Shown here one piece after another: positions 9,751-21,442 of a DNA stretch of 64,000 nucleotides. The stretch is from Marsupella aquatica (lineage: Eukaryota; Plantae; Marchantiophyta), in contig OZ316894.1 of the NCBI GenBank assembly GCA_973895155.1, forward strand, positions 7,278,234 to 7,342,233, read 5' to 3'. The notes below the pieces were generated by a model. That model was not told where the DNA came from, did not search any database, and saw nothing but the letters and a program-made list of their open reading frames with translations. The position numbers and the translations under genes are program-made. Position 1 is the stretch's first letter; every line of letters begins with the position of its first letter.

Positions 9751-12700
9751 GGGGCATTGCACAACCCAAAAGGCATTCTCCGGAATGCAAAAATCCCCCA
9801 CTCTGTTGTGAAAGCCGTCTTGAGTTGGTCCTCCTCCCGTATCCAGATTTGGTTGTACCCAGAGTAGCCATCCAAGAAGCTGTATATCTCCCAACCTGCT
9901 ACCATGTCCAACACGATATCCGTGAACGGTAGCGGGTAGTGATCCTTCTTGGTCGCATCATTCAACTTTCGAAAATCTTGGCACACCCGTATTTTCACCT
10001 TCCCGTCTGGCCCCTTTTTCTTGGGCACGATTACGATGGGTGACACCCACTCACTATGCATGACCGGATAAATGAATCCTGCATCCAACAAACGGTCAAT
10101 CTCCTCCTTCACCATGAGTGAGTATTTGGGGTTGAGGCGGTATTGGCGTTGCCTCACAGGTCGTGCTCCTGACATCAGGTCAATGCTGTGCTCACCAAAC
10201 TCAGGTGGCACTCCTTTCAAATCTTGGTGGCTCCACGCAAATACGTCTTGGTACTCTTTCAACAATTCCTGAATCGTGCGTTGCTCCGTAGCATCCAACT
10301 TACTACCAATGTTGAGTGTCTTGCCCTCACCCACTTCCACCTTTGTGTACTGCTCCGGCCTGATCACGTCCAACTTGTTGCGTGTCTCCTCATCAAAGGT
10401 TTCTTCCAACCGTGCGAGCCTCATCCCTCCATACACCGGTGCATCACTCTCCTCCTGGTCTGGTCGGGATGGAGGTGGATCCTTTGTCACATGGGCCATT
10501 ATTTCTTCAACGTCAGATTCTTTGTAATGTGACAATAGCTCCTCTCTAAAGTCATCATCCAGGATGTCATTCAAAAACTGCTCTCTTTGCTCATCATCAA
10601 ACATGATCGTGTGGGCTTGCATTTCCACCTCCTCGGGGTGATCCTCTGCCTCCCTATCATGAATCTCTAGAGGTTCAGCCTCCACAATTTTGCTTCGCTC
10701 GTCTTCCATCTCTTCTAGAACAGCGTGCACTTGGCTAACTGATTCCTCTACTGCATGCTCTTGAGTAGCAACTCCGGGGCCAAAAACATCTTCCTCCGTG
10801 AGGTGAGAAATCAGTTTCACCATGTATACTTCATCCTCGTCTTCATCTGAGGTGACCTCTGAATCATATTCCTCCTCCATAGTCGTAGTCTCCCCGTGAG
10901 GTGACTCCGCTGACCATGGAATAGTGATAGTGGGGATACCAAACCGAAACTGCCGTTTGCCCCAATCACTTGTGACCTTGGCCACATACAACCATGGCCT
11001 GCCAATTAAAATGGGAAAACCGTACGGCCGAACGGGTCGCATCACCAAATAGTTGAGGGGGAAAGATTTTCCCCCAATCATTGTTGGAATCTTGGTGAGA
11101 CACCCCAACGGCACCACCCGTGCACCATCAGCCAACCTCATGGCACGTGCCGGTGGTTCTAACTCTGTATACCCCAACCGGTTTGCCGTCTCCTCAGTCA
11201 TGATGTTGACTCCCGAGCCCCCGTCCACCGGTACAAACCGTATTGCACATCCATTGATGTCCACCGTGAGTTCTGGGGCACCCAAATCCTCCGTGACCCA
11301 GTTGACTTGTATGGGGTCAGCCCCAACTTTGGGTAACCTTCTTCTACGTCTCCTCCTCATGAGAATCTCCTTGACTTGGCGACGGTATAGGGAGCTATCC
11401 CGTAATAGTTGACCAATTGTGGCACTGACTGGGCAATCCAGAATGTCTTGAGCAATGTTGTACGCGGTTGCAGGAGGTATGGGTGGGATGACCTCTTCTC
11501 CCGGTTTCCAACGAACAACCCTCTCCTCCGCTTTCTTTCTGGCCTTTGCCTCCTCCATGTCTTTGTCAATGGCCGCTTGCATGGCTTGTGCTTCTAGCTC
11601 CTCCAACTGCTTACGTACCTCTTCTCCCACCTTCGGATAGAACAACTTGGGGTTGTCCCGATCAAAGTCACTATCCTCCATGGGTGGCACCTCCGGTTCG
11701 TGTGAGGTACCCGATGTGGAAGCTTGATGCACCTCCTTGTACTTCTGCTTGAGCTCGGACTTGCCCTTCTTTTTGCCGGATCGAGTGGAGACTCGGTAAC
11801 AAGAGTAATGCCTTCTCTCCTCGTCGCTGTCTTCCTCCGGTAGATTCTCAGCATGAGTCCACTCATGACTTGGGGGTGAGGGGTTAGCAACTTCAACTTC
11901 CGTAGATGTTGCAACAACAACCACCGGTATCTCAACAACTGGAGATACTACAACGACTAGCGGTACCACCTCCTCCGTTATGGTGGTCATCCTTTGCTTG
12001 GGAATGTTCACTACGGTTTCTTCTCTTCTAGTGATTAGAGGGGTGTCGACTGCTTCCGTGGTGAGAAAGTTGACGCTAGCTTCTTTCAGAGGAGGTGGCG
12101 GCCCCTTCTTCTCTTGTGCCCCAATCGGTTGAGCCTTGAACGCCTCCAAGGTTGGGCAGTGTGGTGCAAGATGACCCTCCCCCTTGCATAGTTGACACAG
12201 CCGGGCAAAATCTCCATTGCCTTGACGGGTGGGCTCTGGGCACACATTAGCGTAGTGGCCCGCCACTCTACAATTGTAACAAATAGGGATCTTCCTCACT
12301 CCAGGGTACGGTGGTCGATTCCCTGGGTTAGCGTTGGGATAGTTGGAGTATGCGGGTGCTCCGGCGTTTGTTGAAACTCCATGAATGCTCCGTGGTCCCG
12401 GGTTGAGAGGTTGTACACTATACACGTTGGCCTCTGGTGGCTCCTCCATGAAGTACTCTATTGGCCCTTCCGCTGCATATGAAGGATTTGAGTAGCTTGC
12501 CCCCTCAACATCCTCCTCCCGTACTTGGAAAACCTTGGCTGGTTCTCCCGCTGGGCACTCCTTCGGGGCATGACCAAACTTCATGCACTTGGTGCACCAC
12601 ACATTGGCTCTCTCCACCGGAACTTTTCTCCTCTCAGGTTTGAGTCCGGCAAAATGTACTTTCAACGCTTTCATTTGCTCCGTCAGCTCATCATATCTGG

Positions 12701-13877
12701 CCTCTTGCTCCTTCAGGCGTCTTGCCGTAGACAATGGTGTAACGGCCACCGTGGGTAGTATCACTTCACGGTGAGAGGACTTCTTGACTTTCTTTGACAA
12801 CTTCTTCTTCTTCCTCCTTCGTCTTTCAGCTTCTGACTCCGTAGTGTCTGACTCTGTAGTACTCTCAGAATCCTCAGATTCATCACTACTATCTGAATCA
12901 GATCCACTCGACTCCTCACTGGAGGAACTGTCAACCGGCTTCAGCTTCTTTCTTCGGCAACGCTTGCTTGTGGCATCAGCTGCGGTGTATGACTCCGCTG
13001 CTGCAATAGCTTCAGCCAATGTGGTTGGCTTGGCTTGACGTACAAAGAACCCCATCTTGCTTGGTAGGGCAGCCACAAACCAGGCTTGACGCATAGCATC
13101 ATCGGTACGGGCTTGGATCCGACGTACCAGCTTTTGGAACCTTTGCAAAAACCTCCGTAATGACTCCTTCTTCTTCATCCTGAGTTGGCCCACCTTTAAT
13201 AGTGAGGTGGCCTCCACTCCTATGGATCTGAACTCCTTCAAGAAGGCTTGCTTGAACAGAGCCCAATCAGCTTTCACGTTGGCCAACAACGAAATGAACC
13301 ATGGACCTGCCTCCCCTCTCATCATTCCAGGAATGATAGTGAGCTTATGTGCAGACTCCCCATTAGCTTCGGCAATCCCTTCAAACTCCTCAATCCATTC
13401 GTCTGGATCATCCTTTGGTCTCCCCTTGAAGGGTACGTACTGAACACGGGTACGTTGTGCAGCTGCCATCGGTGCAGCCGGTGCCTGTATCAACACAGGT
13501 GGTAATGGCGCTTGTTGGGCCACCGGTAACAGCACCGATGATAGGTGTGAGATGATTTGTGGCAATGCAGTGAGCTCTGGGATCAGATTTTGTAACTCAG
13601 ACTGCACCAACACAAAGGGCTCTCCTTCTTCTCGCTCGTGATCTATGTCTGGCTCTTCGTCTGGGCATATGGCCTCATTACGTTGAGCCTCTTCCTGTTG
13701 CACACCAACTTGTTCTTCCAGCACCAGTGGCAACCTCCTCTCTTCTGCAAGCCGTAAGCGTTCTTCGGCAGCAACTCGTCGTCTGGTCCCAATCCAAGAG
13801 GGCCCCCCTTCTAGCTCTGATCTTGGGGTACGTGTGTGTTGGGGACTTCCTCTACCTCCCCTTCTCCCTCTCGGCAT
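8673..13877 (-). CDS. Gag-Pol polyprotein (gag, three CCHC knuckles, aspartic protease, RT, RNase H), ending early at the duplication junction
   Basis: CTKC..H..C, CYNC..H..C, CQLC..H..C; VDGGSGVN; KDHYPLPF, FLDGYSGYNQI, MPFGLCNAP, FIDD. Confidence 0.95.
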   Translation of the reverse strand: MPRGRRGGRGSPQHTRTPRSELEGGPSWIGTRRRVAAEERLRLAEERRLPLVLEEQVGVQQEEAQRNEAICPDEEPDIDHEREEGEPFVLVQSELQNLIPELTALPQIISHLSSVLLPVAQQAPLPPVLIQAPAAPMAAAQRTRVQYVPFKGRPKDDPDEWIEEFEGIAEANGESAHKLTIIPGMMRGEAGPWFISLLANVKADWALFKQAFLKEFRSIGVEATSLLKVGQLRMKKKESLRRFLQRFQKLVRRIQARTDDAMRQAWFVAALPSKMGFFVRQAKPTTLAEAIAAAESYTAADATSKRCRRKKLKPVDSSSSEESSGSDSDSSDESEDSESTTESDTTESEAERRRRKKKKLSKKVKKSSHREVILPTVAVTPLSTARRLKEQEARYDELTEQMKALKVHFAGLKPERRKVPVERANVWCTKCMKFGHAPKECPAGEPAKVFQVREEDVEGASYSNPSYAAEGPIEYFMEEPPEANVYSVQPLNPGPRSIHGVSTNAGAPAYSNYPNANPGNRPPYPGVRKIPICYNCRVAGHYANVCPEPTRQGNGDFARLCQLCKGEGHLAPHCPTLEAFKAQPIGAQEKKGPPPPLKEASVNFLTTEAVDTPLITRREETVVNIPKQRMTTITEEVVPLVVVVSPVVEIPVVVVATSTEVEVANPSPPSHEWTHAENLPEEDSDEERRHYSCYRVSTRSGKKKGKSELKQKYKEVHQASTSGTSHEPEVPPMEDSDFDRDNPKLFYPKVGEEVRKQLEELEAQAMQAAIDKDMEEAKARKKAEERVVRWKPGEEVIPPIPPATAYNIAQDILDCPVSATIGQLLRDSSLYRRQVKEILMRRRRRRRLPKVGADPIQVNWVTEDLGAPELTVDINGCAIRFVPVDGGSGVNIMTEETANRLGYTELEPPARAMRLADGARVVPLGCLTKIPTMIGGKSFPLNYLVMRPVRPYGFPILIGRPWLYVAKVTSDWGKRQFRFGIPTITIPWSAESPHGETTTMEEEYDSEVTSDEDEDEVYMVKLISHLTEEDVFGPGVATQEHAVEESVSQVHAVLEEMEDERSKIVEAEPLEIHDREAEDHPEEVEMQAHTIMFDDEQREQFLNDILDDDFREELLSHYKESDVEEIMAHVTKDPPPSRPDQEESDAPVYGGMRLARLEETFDEETRNKLDVIRPEQYTKVEVGEGKTLNIGSKLDATEQRTIQELLKEYQDVFAWSHQDLKGVPPEFGEHSIDLMSGARPVRQRQYRLNPKYSLMVKEEIDRLLDAGFIYPVMHSEWVSPIVIVPKKKGPDGKVKIRVCQDFRKLNDATKKDHYPLPFTDIVLDMVAGWEIYSFLDGYSGYNQIWIREEDQLKTAFTTEWGIFAFRRMPFGLCNAPGMFQRLMMNIFHDFLRRFLEIFIDDFAVYGKRVKHPEHLRLTFQRCRETCLKLHPEKCFFGIEEGILLGHKVSARGIEVDREKVAVWVAVSFPKNVKEVRGFLGCVGYYRRFIKDFAKVAMPLTSMLKKGSEFEPTPSRQAAFDELKKRLLEAPVLITPNWNKEFHVYVDVSGFCIGAVLSQLDDDGRDHPIYFASRQLAPAEKNYSPTDREALGIIYACKKYRHYLLGYKVVFHTDHNSLKYMVNKPDLSGRIARWVLLLQEFNYEVRVRSGKSHSNADFFSRIEGASDSQEIDDRFPDEEVFSVNTEATTWYGEILEFLRTARVPSRLGPERAAVFLRKTGPYLLVKGVLACSNGS

Positions 13878-14094
13878 CCCATTGAGACCTGCATTCCAAA
13901 CTTACACCAATGTCTCAGAAAGCAATATTTGTAAACATCAACCGTCGCACGATGCGTTGTGGTTGACGTACAATAACAAAGTAACCAACAAACTTCTCAC
14001 GTATCAACCGTCGCAAGTTGCGTTGTGGTTGATAGGTTTGAACTCCCAATAGACGTAGCTCCCCTCCTTCGTGTCGTCAAACAAGAAGAAGGAT

Positions 14095-14112
14095 TCCCCG
14101 GCAGCGGCGCCA
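14095..14112 (-). other. Primer binding site, tRNA-Asp type
   Basis: TGGCGCCGCTGCCGGGGA, one mismatch from the typical Athila PBS TGGCGCCGTTGCCGGGGA; 20 nt from the LTR end. Confidence 0.85.
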
Positions 14113-14132
14113 AAAACAAAAGACCACACTTA

Positions 14133-17100
14133 TGTCACTTGCCTCTCCAACGGTTAATACGTGCAAACCGCACTTTTCTTCGCTTAAACCGTTGGTATCG
14201 TATTACGGGGTCGTGGAGGGACGCTATTTGGATTCTTTTCACACCAGGATGAGTATTTTGGTTTCCGCTCCCGGAAATGTAGGTGTTGATCAAGTCTACC
14301 GACTACCCTCACCCCACAGCTTTTGATCAAGTCCTGCCGACTACCCCACTACACCTTCACTCGGAGTCACCCAAAGAGTGCTGTCACCACCCCTACTCAC
14401 AAGGCCGACTCAAACCAAGCAAGTTTCTTCAAATCATAGAACGGGAGAACACAATTCGGAAAGCGAAAAAGGGAGAAGGAACACACAACAAAAGCCCATC
14501 AAGTCAAATGTACAGATCCATATCTCTTGGGAAAAACGATACACATTGCATGAGTAACCCGGCCTCCTGCCGTCTACTCAACTCCTGCCTCTCCGGACAA
14601 TGAGTATGGCTCCCCCTCACTACTCTGAACACGCTTTCAAACTCCTCAGGCTCCACTCTATCCCTCCTTGCTAACTTCACACTGAGTCCCCCTAACTACT
14701 TCGGGGCTATCCCCCTAAATACTGAAAAATCACACCAAAGCACCCCTCACAGGGTCACAACGGTGGCGGCTACCCTAGCGGCGCCGCTAAAACCTTGCAC
14801 TAAGAGAAATCCTTAAACTGAAGAGGAGCATGCGGCACACACATGCTGCTAAAACCCTAAACCCAAAACAAGGGGGCCGACGGTGCCTTCGACGGCGCCC
14901 CAACAGTACACGTGAACCCTGAAAGTGAGAGGCACCCCAAAATGGCCGAAACTAGGTGCCCTTCCAAGTGCACACCTGAGCTCACCCCTGGATAGCTCTT
15001 CTTTTCCTGCTTCCGAATCACTAAGTCGCTCCCTCAACGGACTTCAGACGCCTGAGTTATGGCCGTTTCCGTACCGCAAAAACATAAGTTCTCCAGGCCA
15101 TAACTTGCTCATCCTGGCTCCGTTTGAGGAGCGCCGCCTCTTGTTGGAATCAGCTCCGCGAGCTCATCCCAACAAGCCCATGAGTGACCCCCCACTAAAA
15201 TGTTGGAAATCTGGAGGCCGTACACCCACGTCCGTACGCCTATCTAATCCTCCTCTTCTTCTTCGCTCTCGGTGCCCGGACTTGTGCCCCATGAGTGGTC
15301 CTCCTCCTCATCACTCACGGGAGTGAGTGCCACCGTACTTTTCTTCTTCTTCGACGGAGTACTCTTAGTGCTGCTGCTCCCGCGCTTCCTCAAAGCAGCC
15401 AAGGCCTGCCACGCCTTGATGTACCCCTCACCAATTGTGTCCTTCCAGAGGGTAGCCTCTTCTCCGGACCGCAACTCCAACGGTAGAACTTGCCCCGTGG
15501 CCATGGGAGTCCCGGGGGTGACAGACCTGGGTGGCATCCCCGTACTGACCTGAGCCTCCCGTAACGATTTCCGTACCTCCCGGAGCTTCTTCTCCAAGCT
15601 CTTACTCTTCTCCTGACTCTTCTTGGCTCCATCCAACAAGGGTCCATACTTCCCACTAACCTCCTTCACCACCATCTCGATAGCTTGGGAGATCACATCC
15701 GGGGAAAGTGTGGAGCCAGGTGTGCCGGGACTCTTCCGTTTCCCTAGACTCAGGGCCTCACTTCTCTTCGCTCGTGTCTCAAAGGCTGCCACCTGACTCC
15801 GTAGTGCTCCCACCTGGTTCCTCCACTCCATCACTTCTCCAGAATTTTGCTTCTCTTTGGCCAATGCTTGCCTCAACGCTCCTACTTCTTCTGCTTCCTT
15901 GGCCTTGGTGGACAAAGCTCCCTTCAAGTTGGTGATCTCTACGTGAGCTGCATTGATGTGCCTGACCTTCTCATGAATGGTCTGCTCCTTGGTCTTGATC
16001 ACCTCCTTCAGTGACAGGATGCTCTGCTCTAACGTCTCTACTTTGACTGTGGCGTGCTTGAGAGACTCCCTCAATGCGTGGACTAGCTTGAGTCCCTCGT
16101 GGACTCCCTCTCTGAAATCCCGTAGCTCTGCCAAGTAAACATCCGGAATGTTGTATTCCAGAGGCTGTTTCGGATCTCCCACGAGTGATTCAAGCCACTC
16201 CAATGTGCAATCATCCTCCTGGTTCTCTTCTTCTCTATTATCCTCCCCACCAGCAGACAATGATTCCTCCGTGAGCTTCCCTAAAACGGTAGTGGCAATA
16301 CTCCGGATCTCCGTGGTGAGAGATGATCCCGTGTCTTCATGCCCCGGAGAACCAATCAACCCTTCTGCCCTGGCCAATACAAATGACCCCATCAAATGTA
16401 CAGCCCCACCTGGTTTCACACTCCCGGGCTCAGCGGCCAATAGCTTCTTCAATCCGTAGCACCACCATCCGTACACATGGGCTGGGTAGTTCTTGATGTC
16501 CATAGCTACCACGAAATGCTCCTCATTCAGCACTCCGGATTGCACGTTGCCAAGAACCCGTTGATGCACCTTGGCCAGGAAGCCCTTATACTCAACATCC
16601 TTGACAGCAGAAAGAGGGATGGCGGTGGTGGAGGTAGGATTGGTCACCCAAGTGGCCACCATTTTCAACGTGAGTTCTCCCCTGATATTCCGAGGTGTGA
16701 ATGAGAATTTCTGATTCTCAAGAAACAATAGCTTAGCCAACTCCACATGGGGCACTACACGTTTGAGACATTCAAAGTAGATTCCCTCCGTTCGGAACTC
16801 CATCCCGGCCTCAATGTCCCAGCTCTTCCCTGAAGGGATGGTAATCTCCACCTTCATGAATTCTGTAAGCCCGGTGGCTTGGAAAATGTTCCGACAATCC
16901 TCCATCACCTTGGTGGAGGTCTTGGGATAAATTCGACGAAAAATCTTCCTACCCACCGGTGAGGAACCCGCTGCCAATCCCGTGCTCATCATAACTTCTC
17001 TCTCTTCCCTTTCCCGTGTAATCCGAGTCTCCACGTAGTCACGGTAAGCAGCCTTGTATCTCCGAATGCGTGACGCACTAAACTTGGTTGATCTAGCATC

Positions 17101-18119
17101 CATGCATCCCGAAATCAATTTCTCAATCACCAATCCCGTCACCCGTGGCAATGTCAATTCCCTGGCCCGAAACAGCCCCCGTAGCCCGATCACTTAAATT
17201 CTCTCAATTTCCCGTCACTACTCCGTGCGGCCGCCACTAATGCCTGGAAGAATGACGCCAGCAAGCCCCACTAATCCACCATGAAAGAGAGAGCTTCAAA
17301 AATAATTAGAATCTGGAGAGAGCTTCCGGCAAGAGAGAGAAGAACCCCGTTTTTGCTTTCGGCAATGAGAGGGTCGTGCAAAAGGAAGAGGGAAAGAAAA
17401 AGGAAGGAAAAAAAAAAATAGAACCGAAAAAACTCCTGGCGCCTTCGCCATGCGCCCCGGCCCATTTCTCGGGCCTTACCCTTGCGTCCTCCTGCGCGCG
17501 GCCCTATGCAGGGCGCGCGGCCATTCCTCCCGGCTCGCGGGAGGCCCTTCAACTCCCCCCCGCTCGCGTGATCCTCCCAGCTCGCGGGAGGCCCTTTAAC
17601 TCCCCCCCCCCCCGCTCGCTTGCGCTCCTTCAGCTCGCGGAGCCTCATTAATTGCCCGGGCACGCAGCCCTATGGGCTCGCGAGGCAGCCCCTTCAGCTC
17701 GTGGAGCCCCATTAATCGCCCGGGCACGCAGCCCTATGGGCTCGCGAGGCAGCCCCTCTTTCTCTCGGACGGCCACTAATGGGACTCGCCCTCCTGAGGA
17801 GGGATTTATTTAAAAAAAAACCCCCCCCTCTCCTGACTTTGCAATGGGGGTCTCAACAATAGCTCTTGAAGCAAAACGGTAAGTCCTATGGGGCTGGTCC
17901 TGGCTAGTTTCAAGGTCCCAAAATATTTGCCCACTTAGGTCGCCGCAAATCTTAGAACTATTATGAGAGAAAGAATATAAAGTCACCTGGGGCATCATCA
18001 ACCTATAATGACGGAATTAACTAAAAATTAAAAAATGGCTTATTTACATTGACTATTAACAAGGTATCGGCCTTTGCAACCAGTTATGTGTGACTTCCCG
18101 TGACGGGGTACCCGTCACA
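14133..18119 (-). repeat. 5' LTR of element A (3987 bp)
   Basis: Copy of 2473-6459; next to the PBS and the TSD. Confidence 0.97.
15244..17193 (-). CDS. Second copy of the LTR-encoded protein (first ATG at 17103)
   Basis: Same as 3584-5440 except a 1-bp indel near 17084 that changes the N-terminus and an R/W change near the C-terminus. Confidence 0.75.
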   Translation of the reverse strand: MIGLRGLFRARELTLPRVTGLVIEKLISGCMDARSTKFSASRIRRYKAAYRDYVETRITREREEREVMMSTGLAAGSSPVGRKIFRRIYPKTSTKVMEDCRNIFQATGLTEFMKVEITIPSGKSWDIEAGMEFRTEGIYFECLKRVVPHVELAKLLFLENQKFSFTPRNIRGELTLKMVATWVTNPTSTTAIPLSAVKDVEYKGFLAKVHQRVLGNVQSGVLNEEHFVVAMDIKNYPAHVYGWWCYGLKKLLAAEPGSVKPGGAVHLMGSFVLARAEGLIGSPGHEDTGSSLTTEIRSIATTVLGKLTEESLSAGGEDNREEENQEDDCTLEWLESLVGDPKQPLEYNIPDVYLAELRDFREGVHEGLKLVHALRESLKHATVKVETLEQSILSLKEVIKTKEQTIHEKVRHINAAHVEITNLKGALSTKAKEAEEVGALRQALAKEKQNSGEVMEWRNQVGALRSQVAAFETRAKRSEALSLGKRKSPGTPGSTLSPDVISQAIEMVVKEVSGKYGPLLDGAKKSQEKSKSLEKKLREVRKSLREAQVSTGMPPRSVTPGTPMATGQVLPLELRSGEEATLWKDTIGEGYIKAWQALAALRKRGSSSTKSTPSKKKKSTVALTPVSDEEEDHSWGTSPGTESEEEEED

Positions 18120-18124
18120 AACAC

Positions 18125-21100
18125 CATCAAGCTCACGAACTCTGTATGTAGCATTGTCCCTCACTTCCATCACAACAAATGGTCCACTCCACCTCAAGGC
18201 AAACTTTTTAAGAGTAGAGTGCTGGTTTATCAAGCTCTCATCCGAAATGAGAACCCAATCTCCTTCTTGAATCTGGATAGGTCTAAGTCTCTTCTTCCTA
18301 TCAAATCTCCCCTTACTCTCTTCTCTTGCCTCTTTCACTTTCTCCAAGGCCTCATCAATCTTACTTGGTGTCAAACTGAAATGTTCAATCCTTCTTGCTA
18401 GGAGTTCCTTTCTTGAAACCTCATCTTTCCACTCAATGGATCTCCAGTTGTGTACAACCTCCTCGATAGGCATCAAAGGTAGATGACCTGAGACCAACTC
18501 AGCTGGTGCAAAACCAGTAACTGAACTACATGTAATCCTATCTGCCATAAGTGCAAGTGGCAAAAAGTTAGGCCAAAGTGAAGCCCGACCTCTTCAAGAC
18601 TTAACTAAAGCACTCACTATAGGTGGGTGACCCCTCTCACTCTTCCCATTTCCCTCTGGATTGTAGGAAGTGGTCAGTTTAAGCTTAATGTGGTACTTAG
18701 CAAAGAACTGACGAGCCTCATCTGAGTTTAACTCACCCCTATCTGCCCTCATCTGATAAAAACAACCATGCCTGGATAATATATCCTCTAACACAAACCT
18801 ACAAACAGGCTTGCTCTTGTTAGAAGCAAGAGCTCTACCCTCAACATAAGATGACAAATCCTCTCTGGCAAGCACCAAATACCTAGCTCCTCTAACCCCT
18901 CTTGGCATATGAACAATATCTAGCACCCACTGGAAATACAAAGACAATGGATGAGTGGGACTAAGACCATCCCTATGCTTGACCTTTGAGTAAAATTGAC
19001 ACACCTCACAACTCTCAACATAAGTCCTAACATCTACATAGATTCGAGGCCACCAATAGAATTGTCGAATCCGCTCATAGGTAGCTCGAACCCCTTTGTG
19101 GCCAGAAGCCTCAAGGTCATGGCACTCCTGCAAAACCTTCCGCCGTGTATCATCATCATCGACTACCCTCAAGGGTAAGTGTCCCCGCTTCTTTGGTCTC
19201 TTCCACAAGTATCCATCTCTAAGAAAAAAACCATAGGCTTTCTTCCTAATTCTCTCAAACTCCTCTCTACTCCACTCATTTTTCTTTTTCAAAGTGCTAA
19301 GGTACTCTCCAATCACTGCAAAATCTGTGGAATACAACTCCTCCTTGAACTCCAACAACTCAAACTCACTCTGAAATTTCTCCTTCCTCTTATGACTTGC
19401 AACACACACACACCTATCTACATTTACACATGACTCACACTCCTCAAACCTAGCTCTCGAAAGCATGTCTGCTACTGGATTGTTCTTACCCAAAATATGC
19501 TCTAATTCAGGATTGAACATGCGAATGAAAGCAATCCATCTGAGCATGGCGATATCAGGGGTATCACAATTAGCAATCATACCGAGCAAAGGAAGGCAAT
19601 CAGTTTGCAAAACTACATGTGCTCCTATCAAATAATCCTTCTCTTGTTTGAGGGCACATTTTGCTCCCCATAACTCTCTCTTGACCTGTGGATACCTACG
19701 ATGCCTCTCATTGAATATCTTGGCACCAAACCTAGTAGCAAACATCTGGCCATCTCCATCTTCTTGGCCAAGTACCCAGCCTCCTGCCAAAGGACTAGAG
19801 TCAACAGTAAGAACAATTGGCCTCCCACAAGCATAGTCTGGTGGCCTCAAAACTGGTGGACTCATCAACGACTCCTTGAGCTTTGCCATAGCTCTCTCAC
19901 ACTCATCACTCCATCGAAACCTCACTTTCTTTCTAAGTAGCCCATACAATGGATCCGCTATGTGGGCAAAATGAGGGATCCACACACGGTAAAACACACA
20001 TGCTCCTAAAAATCTCCTCACCTCACTCACACTCTCACATGCTCTCATCTCTCGGATGGCATCAACTTTAGCCTGGTTAGGCAACCGCCCATAAGGTCCA
20101 CACCGCTGCCCAACCACTATGATCTCACGAAGTCCAAAGGCTGACTTTTCTCCTGACAAGGTGATCCCAACCTCAATCAAACGCTTAAGGATTGATGTAA
20201 CATCTTGAAGATGCTCCCAAACAAATTGTCGAAGCCCATCACTCCTTACACTCTCATCCTTTTCTTCCTCCTTGCATCCCTTGATGAGGATATCATCAAG
20301 AAATGGCCTAGTCCTTTCAAGAATGAATGCTTGGAGTATTTTGTTCATTGCATTCTGCATATGGGCAACAGAGTTAGTAGCACCTTGAGGTAAAGTGCAC
20401 ATCTTCAAAACTCCAAGAGGAGTCCTCATGGTGGTGATGTCACGACACCCTTCAGCCAACTGAAACTGGTCATAACCAGAGTACAAATCTCCAATCGAGT
20501 AAATAGCTCTCCCTGCAAACTCCTCAGCAAACTCATCAACAATAGGTCCGGTTCCAACATTCCTAATGGTCACCTTGTTAGGTGGTTGCATGTCTTGAAT
20601 AAATCTCATCTTACCATTTTTCTTCCTAACAGTAAACCAACGATTTGAATATGGAGCATCTGACCTCTCAAGGATCCTTGACTGAATTTTCTCTTTCAAC
20701 AATTCAATAACCTTTGGGAGCAAGGCTCTAGGTACAGGTAAAGGCTTAAGATCCCAAGGAATGTGAGGGACAGTAAAAATAATCATTGGAGCCACATCTC
20801 TAGGATTAACACATCCTATCTCATCCAACACAAATGAAAAAGCCTTTCCATGCACCCTTACCGTTTCACGAAAAGCTGAAATCTCTATATCAATCATTAG
20901 TCCATCATCACCTATTCTCAACTTGCTTAATGATTCCTCTGTGAAAACATGGCCAATACCTTTAGCTGGTCTCAAACAAGGCTCTTGACTTGCCTTCTCA
21001 ATCATCTCTCTTGCCTCGAGTGGCAATGGTATAGCAACAGGACGAACCTTTTGCTCCACAGTTTTGTACTTAGTGTGGACAGCCACATCAGGCCTTAAAA

Positions 21101-21437
21101 AATGTGTTAGCTCCAAATAGAACTCTCGACCAATCTCTATCTCACTCTCACCCTTAACAATCTCACCCAAAATCTGTACAAAAGAAGGGTTATGGCCCTT
21201 CTCATCAAAAATGCCAAAAACTTGCTCATCATTTGGTAAGTCACCTAAGTAGTGCATTTGCTTCTCCCACTTACCCATCTTTTGGTTTTCCATAGTTGAG
21301 CATCCTTCCCTACTTAAAAACAAAACCTGGCTACACTTAGAAAACCCACAAAAAGAATTAGCAAACAACTCATCAGTATTTACATCACAAGACGGAGAAA
21401 TGAAACTGGCACCTTGCTCCTCCGACACGTCAAACAA
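18125..21437 (-). pseudogene. pol of element B (RT, RNase H, integrase) with an in-frame stop at 18594 and the element A insertion
   Basis: KYKTVEQKVRPV, DLYSGYDQF, LPQGATNS, FLDD, H..SGH..CEVC, ADRGE, SERGH; the frame continues across the TGA. Confidence 0.9.
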
Positions 21438-21442
21438 GGCAC

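Larger units (their letters stand above)
2473..18119 (-). mobile_element. Full-length Athila-like Ty3/Gypsy LTR retrotransposon (element A)
   Basis: Two 3987-bp TG...CA LTRs, 5-bp TSD AACAC (2468-2472, 18120-18124), tRNA-Asp-type PBS, PPT, domain order gag-PR-RT-RH-INT. Confidence 0.97.

Noticed and set aside
2473-18119. The 4-kb repeat as a segmental duplication or assembly error
   Set aside because: TG...CA ends, TSD, PBS, PPT and in-frame rejoining of the host integrase show these are true LTRs
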